From: an uncultured Alphaproteobacteria bacterium
GTDB lineage: Bacteria > Pseudomonadota > Alphaproteobacteria > Rhodobacterales > Rhodobacteraceae
Direction of reading: 5' to 3'
Length of the DNA: 64,000 bases
Assembly: GCA_963832295.1 (NCBI GenBank)
Contig: CAWHTO010000001.1
Location: 1,025,253-1,089,252 of the forward strand
The position numbers and the translations under genes were made by a program. Positions 58,716 to 64,000 of this stretch are shown one piece after another; within the stretch, counting starts at the first letter, position 1, and each line of letters starts with the position of its first letter. Under the pieces are notes generated by a model that was given only the letters and a program-made list of their open reading frames with translations, was not told where the DNA came from and did not search any database.

Positions 58716-59279
58716 TCAGTCCGATGGCAGAAGCACGCGGTCGATCACGTGAACAACACCGTTGGATTGCATCACATCGGCCGTCTCCACCGTCGAAAAG
58801 CGGCCCGTCTGGTCGAAGATCACAATGTCATCGCCCCGCATCTGCGCGGTGATCGTGCCACCGGCGACCGTGGTGAAGTTGGCGTATTCGTTGGTCTGGA
58901 TCGCCTCCATCAGATCTGCGGCCGTGATCGTGCCGGGAACGACGTGGTAGGTCAGGATGCCTTGCAGGGCGGCTCGGTTCTCATCCATCATCAGGAAGGC
59001 CACGGTGTCGGCCGGCACGGCGGCAAACGCGTCATTCGTGGGCGCGAACACGGTGAACGGGCCGGGCCCTGCCAGCGTCTCGACCAGTTCGGCCTGGGTG
59101 ACGGCGGCGACCAGTGTGGTCAGGTTCGGCGCGTTGGATGCGTTCACGGCAATCGGCTGATCGGCCAGCATTTCCGCGCCGCCCACCATCGGGTTTGCGG
59201 TAGAATGGGCGGCACCGAACGCCGCCGTGGCAAGAAGTGCGGACGCGGCTGTTGCCAGAAGTGTTGTCTTGAAGGTCAT
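58716..59279 (-). CDS. Fasciclin (FAS1) domain protein, secreted
   Basis: It has a signal peptide plus GPGPFTVFAPTNDAFAAVP and NGVVHVIDRVLLP. Confidence 0.9.
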   Translation of the reverse strand: MTFKTTLLATAASALLATAAFGAAHSTANPMVGGAEMLADQPIAVNASNAPNLTTLVAAVTQAELVETLAGPGPFTVFAPTNDAFAAVPADTVAFLMMDENRAALQGILTYHVVPGTITAADLMEAIQTNEYANFTTVAGGTITAQMRGDDIVIFDQTGRFSTVETADVMQSNGVVHVIDRVLLPSD

Positions 59280-59466
59280 TGGGGTCTCTCCGTTGGTTGG
59301 TGTTGATCTTGCCGGAAGCCACGGAGCAGGCGGCGGAGAGGTTTCAGACTATGTGTTCACGGCTGCGTGAGGGCCGCACTGGTGCCGTGTCTGGGCGGCA
59401 CAATTGCCATAGAAATGCCACCCGAGGGTGCGACAAGCCGGTGTCATAGCAAAGAAATCCGGTCCC

Positions 59467-60123
59467 ATGCGCACACCCCTGTTCCTGTTCCTGATCTCCC
59501 TCGCCTTCGCGGCGGCGGCCTATGTGTTTGGGAACGCCACCCTGACACTGCCGCTTGCGGTCTCGGGTCTGGCGGCGGTTGCGGCTGGCCTGCTGATCGT
59601 TTCGGCCTTGGTGCGACGTCCCAGAACGGCTGTTCCCGCACCCAAGGATCGGGCGAAAGCCGCGCCGGACAAGCGCGCGAAGGACACACCGCACAAGCGC
59701 AGAAAAAGCGGCGGTCCCCATGTCGTCATCGACGGCTCGAACGTGATGCACTGGGACGGAGAGATTCCGCGCCTTGCGACGCTCCGACAGGTGATCGCGG
59801 AATTGCGCGCCAGGGGCTGCCAGCCCGGTATCATCTTCGACGCCAACGCAGGCTACAAGTTTGCGGACAGGTATCTGGACGACAGCCACTTCGCGAAACT
59901 GCTGGACCTGCCCGGAGACCGGGTCCTGGTCGTTCCAAAGGGAGAGCCCGCCGATCCGACCATCCTAGAAGCCGCGCGAGAGTTGGGCGCGAAAGTCCTG
60001 ACCAATGATCGGTATCGCGATTGGGCAGAGGTCTACCCCGAGGTGACTGATCCGGGCCTGCTGGTGACCGGCGGGGTCAGGCGGGGGAAGGTGTGGCTGG
60101 ATAGGAAGGCGTTGGCGGCTTGA
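59467..60123 (+). CDS. Membrane-anchored NYN/Zc3h12a-like ribonuclease domain protein
   Basis: The start is at ATG 59467. Two N-terminal TM helices are followed by a Lys/Arg/Pro-rich linker. The NYN-like core reads PHVVIDGSNVMHWDG...IIFDANAGYKF...VVPKGEPADPTILE...VLTNDRYRDW. Confidence 0.65.
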   Translation: MRTPLFLFLISLAFAAAAYVFGNATLTLPLAVSGLAAVAAGLLIVSALVRRPRTAVPAPKDRAKAAPDKRAKDTPHKRRKSGGPHVVIDGSNVMHWDGEIPRLATLRQVIAELRARGCQPGIIFDANAGYKFADRYLDDSHFAKLLDLPGDRVLVVPKGEPADPTILEAARELGAKVLTNDRYRDWAEVYPEVTDPGLLVTGGVRRGKVWLDRKALAA

Positions 60124-60411
60124 TTTAGACGCCAATTCCACGCACCCGGCGCGGAATCAAGGCCGCAGGCCGCCGCCCCTCGGAAGGGCGATCTGGCTGG
60201 GCTTGGCGCATCGGCGTCCCGTCGGACGGGCATGGCGGCCATAAAGTGCTCCCTCAGAAGGAGGATCAATGACATCCTCCGCGACAGCCTACACCGCCAG
60301 CAGATAAACCAAAGCGCCTGGTCCTGAGCGATGTTTCCGGTTGTATTCCGTCTTCGGCAATCGACCCCACTGGCCGCAATCCGCGCAAATCCCACCATGC
60401 AAATCTTTGCC

Positions 60412-60481
60412 AAAAAGTTAACGCAAGATTATTTTTATGGAGAGTCAAAGGGTTGAGGCTCTGCTCAACCTTGAGCACCCC
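60412..60481 (+). repeat. Copy B of the ~70-nt conserved element
   Basis: The sequence is AAAAAGTTAACG-N38-TGCTCAACCTTGAGCACCCC. It ends 2 nt before the uvrB stop codon. GGTTGAG-gctctg-CTCAACC forms a 7-bp hairpin. Confidence 0.7.
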
Positions 60482-60482
60482 G

Positions 60483-62678
60483 TCACCGCCCCCGCCGCTT
60501 CACGTTCCCGCCTCGTTGCCCGCCCCTCCCGGCCGTTGACCGACCCCGAGCCTTCGACGCATCCTCCACCGCTGCCTCTATTGCCGATTGCCGCGCCAGC
60601 GGATCGTCGGCAATCGCCAGTTCCACCGTCTCCAGCCGTTTCACCTCGTCGCGCATCCGGGCGGCTTCCTCGAACTCCAGGTTCTCCGCCGCCTTGCGCA
60701 TCTTGTCGCGCAGATGCTCCAGATGCGCCGCCAGATTGGCCCCGACCAGAGGTTTCTCGATCTTCGCCGTCACCCGGCTCTGATCGGTGTCGCCCATATA
60801 GGTGCCCATGAGGATATCATCGACGTTCTTCCTGATCGTCGCGGGGGTGATGCCGTGCTCCAGATTATACGCCTCCTGCTTGGCTCGCCTGCGGTCCGTC
60901 TCGCGCATCGCGCGTTCCATGGATCCGGTGATCTTGTCGGCGTACATGATCACCCGACCCTCGGCATTTCGCGCCGCCCGGCCAATCGTCTGAACCAGCG
61001 ACGTCTCGGACCGCAAGAAGCCTTCCTTGTCCGCGTCCAGAATGGCGACCAGCCCGCATTCGGGGATATCCAGACCCTCGCGCAGCAGGTTGATCCCGAT
61101 CAGCACATCGAAGGCCCCAAGCCGCAGGTCGCGCAGGATTTCGATCCGCTCCAGCGTGTCGATGTCGGAGTGCATGTAGCGCACGCGGATGCCCTGTTCG
61201 TGCATGTATTCGGTCAGATCCTCGGCCATGCGTTTGGTCAGCGTCGTGCACAGCGTGCGGAATCCGGCGGCGGAGACTTTGCCCACCTCGTCCAGAAGAT
61301 CATCGACCTGCATCTCCACCGGTCGGATCTCGATCTGAGGGTCGACAAGGCCCGTGGGGCGGATGACCTGTTCGGTGAAGACACCGCCCGCCTGCTCCAG
61401 CTCCCAGGCGGCGGGCGTGGCGGAGACGAAGACGGATTGCGGGCGCATGGCGTCCCATTCCTCGAACTTCAGGGGGCGGTTGTCCATGCACGAGGGCAGG
61501 CGGAAACCATGCTCCGCCAGCGTCATCTTGCGCCGGAAGTCGCCGCGATACATGCCGCCGATCTGCGGCACGGAGACGTGGCTTTCGTCCGCAAAAACAA
61601 TCGCATTGTCGGGAATGTATTCGAACAGGGTCGGGGGCGGCTCACCGGGGGCGCGGCCTGTCAGATAGCGGGAGTAATTCTCGATCCCGTTGCACACGCC
61701 AGTGGCCTCCAGCATCTCCAGATCGAAATTCGTGCGCTGCTCCAGCCGCTGCGCTTCCAGCAGTTTGCCCTCACCGATCAACTGGTCGAGGCGCAGGACC
61801 AGTTCCGCTTTGATGCCCTTCATCGCCTGCTGCATCGTCGGGCGCGGGGTGACGTAGTGGCTGTTCGCGTAGATGCGGATCTTCTCGAACGTATCCGTCC
61901 TGGCCCCGGTCAGCGGGTCAAACTCGGTGATACTCTCCAACTCCTGCCCGAAAAACGACAGCTTCCAGGCGCGGTCATCCAGGTGGGCGGGCCAGACCTC
62001 AAGGCTGTCGCCGCGCACCCGGAAACACCCGCGCTGGAACGCCGCGTCGTTGCGGCGGTATTGCTGTGCCACAAGATCCGCGATCACCTTGCGCTGGTCG
62101 TAGTCCTGCCCGGCGAACAGATCCTGCGTCATCGCGCCGTAGGTTTCCACGCTGCCGATGCCGTAGATACACGAGACCGACGCCACGATGATCACGTCAT
62201 CGCGCTCCAGCAGCGCGCGGGTGGCCGAATGCCTCATCCGGTCGATCTGCTCGTTGATCTGGCTCTCTTTCTCGATATAGGTGTCGGACCGCGCGACGTA
62301 GGCCTCGGGCTGATAGTAATCGTAATACGAAACGAAGTATTCGACGGCATTTTCCGGAAAGAAGCTTTTGAACTCTCCGTAAAGCTGTGCCGCCAGCGTC
62401 TTGTTGGGCGCGAGGATGATCGCCGGGCGCTGCGTTTGTTCGATCATCTTGGCCATGGTGAAGGTTTTTCCCGTGCCCGTGGCCCCCAGAAGCACCTGAT
62501 CCCGGTCGCCGTTGCGGATGCCCTCCGACAGCTCCGCAATGGCCGTAGGCTGGTCGCCCGCGGGCTCAAACCCGGAGTGCATGACGAAGGTCTTGCCGCC
62601 CTCCATCTTCAGATGGGCGCGGATATCATCGACGGCGCGGCCCGTGGCGGGCATCTGTTGGGGTGAGTTGTTGTGCAT
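60483..62678 (-). CDS. uvrB: Excinuclease ABC subunit B
   Basis: The start is at ATG 62678 ([13 protein letters not shown]...). It has Walker [10 protein letters not shown] and a C-terminal UVR domain [12 protein letters not shown]. The 105-codon upstream extension of the tracked ORF is not supported. Confidence 0.95.
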   Translation of the reverse strand: MHNNSPQQMPATGRAVDDIRAHLKMEGGKTFVMHSGFEPAGDQPTAIAELSEGIRNGDRDQVLLGATGTGKTFTMAKMIEQTQRPAIILAPNKTLAAQLYGEFKSFFPENAVEYFVSYYDYYQPEAYVARSDTYIEKESQINEQIDRMRHSATRALLERDDVIIVASVSCIYGIGSVETYGAMTQDLFAGQDYDQRKVIADLVAQQYRRNDAAFQRGCFRVRGDSLEVWPAHLDDRAWKLSFFGQELESITEFDPLTGARTDTFEKIRIYANSHYVTPRPTMQQAMKGIKAELVLRLDQLIGEGKLLEAQRLEQRTNFDLEMLEATGVCNGIENYSRYLTGRAPGEPPPTLFEYIPDNAIVFADESHVSVPQIGGMYRGDFRRKMTLAEHGFRLPSCMDNRPLKFEEWDAMRPQSVFVSATPAAWELEQAGGVFTEQVIRPTGLVDPQIEIRPVEMQVDDLLDEVGKVSAAGFRTLCTTLTKRMAEDLTEYMHEQGIRVRYMHSDIDTLERIEILRDLRLGAFDVLIGINLLREGLDIPECGLVAILDADKEGFLRSETSLVQTIGRAARNAEGRVIMYADKITGSMERAMRETDRRRAKQEAYNLEHGITPATIRKNVDDILMGTYMGDTDQSRVTAKIEKPLVGANLAAHLEHLRDKMRKAAENLEFEEAARMRDEVKRLETVELAIADDPLARQSAIEAAVEDASKARGRSTAGRGGQRGGNVKRRGR

Positions 62679-62885
62679 GTCTCGCGGCCTTTGGGGTGTC
62701 GCCCTATACAATGGTCCTTGTGCGGGTGGCTGCAAGGGGGCGGTGGCAAAGCTGATGACAGCATGGTGTCGGGAGGCATTGGCCGCAGGCGTGACAGGGC
62801 ACCGCCCGATACCAGTCGAAGTTACCAAATCGTTAATGAATTGAAGGGCTTTGAGCAGACAATTGCTTTGCGCGCCGACACGCCG

Positions 62886-62900
62886 GAACGTATAAGGAAC
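62886..62900. promoter_or_regulatory. Alphaproteobacterial LexA (SOS) box GAAC-N7-GAAC (GTTC-N7-GTTC on the uvrB strand)
   Basis: GAACGTATAAGGAAC lies 208 nt upstream of uvrB and 170 nt upstream of the divergent ORF at 63070. Confidence 0.5.
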
Positions 62901-63069
62901 GGGCAAGCAGCAGAAGCGGTTGCCGGCCACGTGCCGTACCCACCCACCCCTCGCTCCCTCGGCTATGGGCTGGCAACCAAATCTGCGTTTCATCCGCCCG
63001 GCCGCTCTCGCCGCAGGCGGTTTTTTTGTGATTCAGGCACGGGCGGTCATCTGTGCTACACCCGCTGAC

Positions 63070-64000
63070 ATGCGCCTGATCCCAATCCTTTGCCTCAGCC
63101 TCACGCAGCCCGCCTTCGCCGATGCCGACCCGCCGCGTATCTATGCCCAACCGGGCCCGGTTCAGATCGCGGGCCCGGCGGAGGTTGTGTTCGACTGGAC
63201 AACCGACAGATGCGAGGACAACCACTTCGCCGATCTGCCCGTGCGCGCGTTTCGCCGGAACGGAGAGGTCACGCTGATCCTGAGCCACGACATCACCCGC
63301 ACCATGACAGGGCCGGATTTTGACAGCCTCACGGTCAATTGCGAGATCGCGATGCGCTCTGCCCGTGATCGTGATCCCGCCACCTTCGCCAACACGGAAT
63401 GGATCGCCGCCACCTACCTCCAGGGTGACAGAATTCATGCATTGATCCACAACGAATATCAGGGAAACCGCTATCCGGATTGCCAGTCAGCTGACTATTT
63501 CAGCTGTTGGTACAATTCTATCACCGCAGCGCTTTCTGTCGATGGCGGGGCCAGCTTCAGCCATGCGGCAGCGCTGCCAAACCACCTGGTCGCGTCGATC
63601 CCCGAACAATACGCCCCGGACGAGGGTATTTTCGGGGCCTTCAGCCCGTCCAACATCATAGCCTATGATGGCCACTTCTACGTGGTCTTCAAAGTGCAGA
63701 CCTATCCGCTTGGCACGCAGCACACCTGCCTGATGCGCACCGCCACGTTGGACGATCCGGACAGTTGGCGATATTGGTCCGGTGCCGGTTTCGATGGCCG
63801 GTTTGCCGATCCCTACCGCGACGACCTGCGGGCGATGCGCGCCACGACCTGCACGCCGATTGCCCTGCCGGAAATTGCGCAGATGCATGAGGGGATCAGC
63901 TACAACACCGCGCTGGGTCAGTTCATTCTGGTCGGGACCAGCAACGATCCGTCCCTGACGCCGAACCCCTTCGGGTTCTACTACGCGCTCTCCGATGATC
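63070..64000 (+). CDS. Secreted hypothetical protein, 3' end outside the window
   Basis: This ORF is not in the track because no stop lies in the window. ATG 63070 gives MRLIPILCLSLTQPAFADADPPRIYAQPG... and stays open for 310 codons to the window edge with strong GC3 bias. Confidence 0.7.
   Translation, partial: MRLIPILCLSLTQPAFADADPPRIYAQPGPVQIAGPAEVVFDWTTDRCEDNHFADLPVRAFRRNGEVTLILSHDITRTMTGPDFDSLTVNCEIAMRSARDRDPATFANTEWIAATYLQGDRIHALIHNEYQGNRYPDCQSADYFSCWYNSITAALSVDGGASFSHAAALPNHLVASIPEQYAPDEGIFGAFSPSNIIAYDGHFYVVFKVQTYPLGTQHTCLMRTATLDDPDSWRYWSGAGFDGRFADPYRDDLRAMRATTCTPIALPEIAQMHEGISYNTALGQFILVGTSNDPSLTPNPFGFYYALSDD

Noticed and set aside
60255-60307. 12-codon ORF (MTSSATAYTASR) behind a perfect AAGGAGG
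   Set aside because: The SD and ATG lie inside a 7-bp hairpin (GGAGGAT-caatgac-ATCCTCC), so the SD-like sequence is more simply one arm of a stem-loop. The ORF is too short and unsupported to call.
60588-62666. 692-aa plus-strand ORF
   Set aside because: It is antisense to uvrB, so it is a shadow ORF.
62679-62993. 105-codon N-terminal extension of uvrB in the tracked ORF
   Set aside because: UvrB homology begins near MHNNSPQQ... (start codon at 62678). The extension is Arg/Cys-rich with no UvrB similarity.

Overview
High-GC alphaproteobacterial chromosomal segment. CtrA boxes, a GTTC-N7-GTTC SOS box, class I LysRS, CryB-type photolyase and the gcvTHP glycine riboswitch fit a Rhodobacterales-type genome (inference). 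All calls rest on motif recognition in the supplied ORF translations and on reading the nucleotide sequence; no searches were run.

Gene content, left to right:
- A truncated IS256-family element nested in an IS3-family remnant, next to tRNA-Gln.
- mscS-like, kdsA, kpsE/kpsT, nhaA, and an arsR-permease pair.
- UDG-family and SseB-like genes, then the full rod-shape cluster mreBCD-mrdA-rodA.
- A LysR regulator, and leuA with a Leu-rich leader peptide.
- SDR, FeS cryptochrome/photolyase, an orphan histidine kinase, gltX, a MATE pump, dacB, nadD, a PAS-GGDEF-EAL protein and ettA.
- A RayT/REP module, then DUF465, csp, dodecin and DUF4329.
- gcvPHT behind a tandem glycine riboswitch, and lysK.
- A signal-peptide-less beta-helix (tailspike-like) protein, and trmL.
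- A small polysaccharide locus, fasciclin, a membrane-anchored NYN RNase, uvrB, and an open-ended secreted protein.

No rRNA, CRISPR array or obvious defence island was seen.

Best candidates for something new:
1. The RayT module. It is bracketed by a 10-bp direct repeat, carries a perfect REP doublet inserted in frame inside rayT itself, and has a 460-bp non-coding stretch enclosed by inverted REPs.
2. Two tandem mini-ORFs that share a C-terminal PFRFTDWA(S/A)I core with synonymous codon differences.
3. A triple 27-nt repeat, each unit starting with an in-frame ATG, fused to the trmL start.
4. A ~70-nt element present twice with identical internal spacing.
5. Perfect CtrA boxes in front of the beta-helix gene and inside the polysaccharide locus.

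Caveat: at least seven ORFs between 33 kb and 58 kb are broken by small indels or a 74-bp duplication. This may reflect consensus errors rather than biology.
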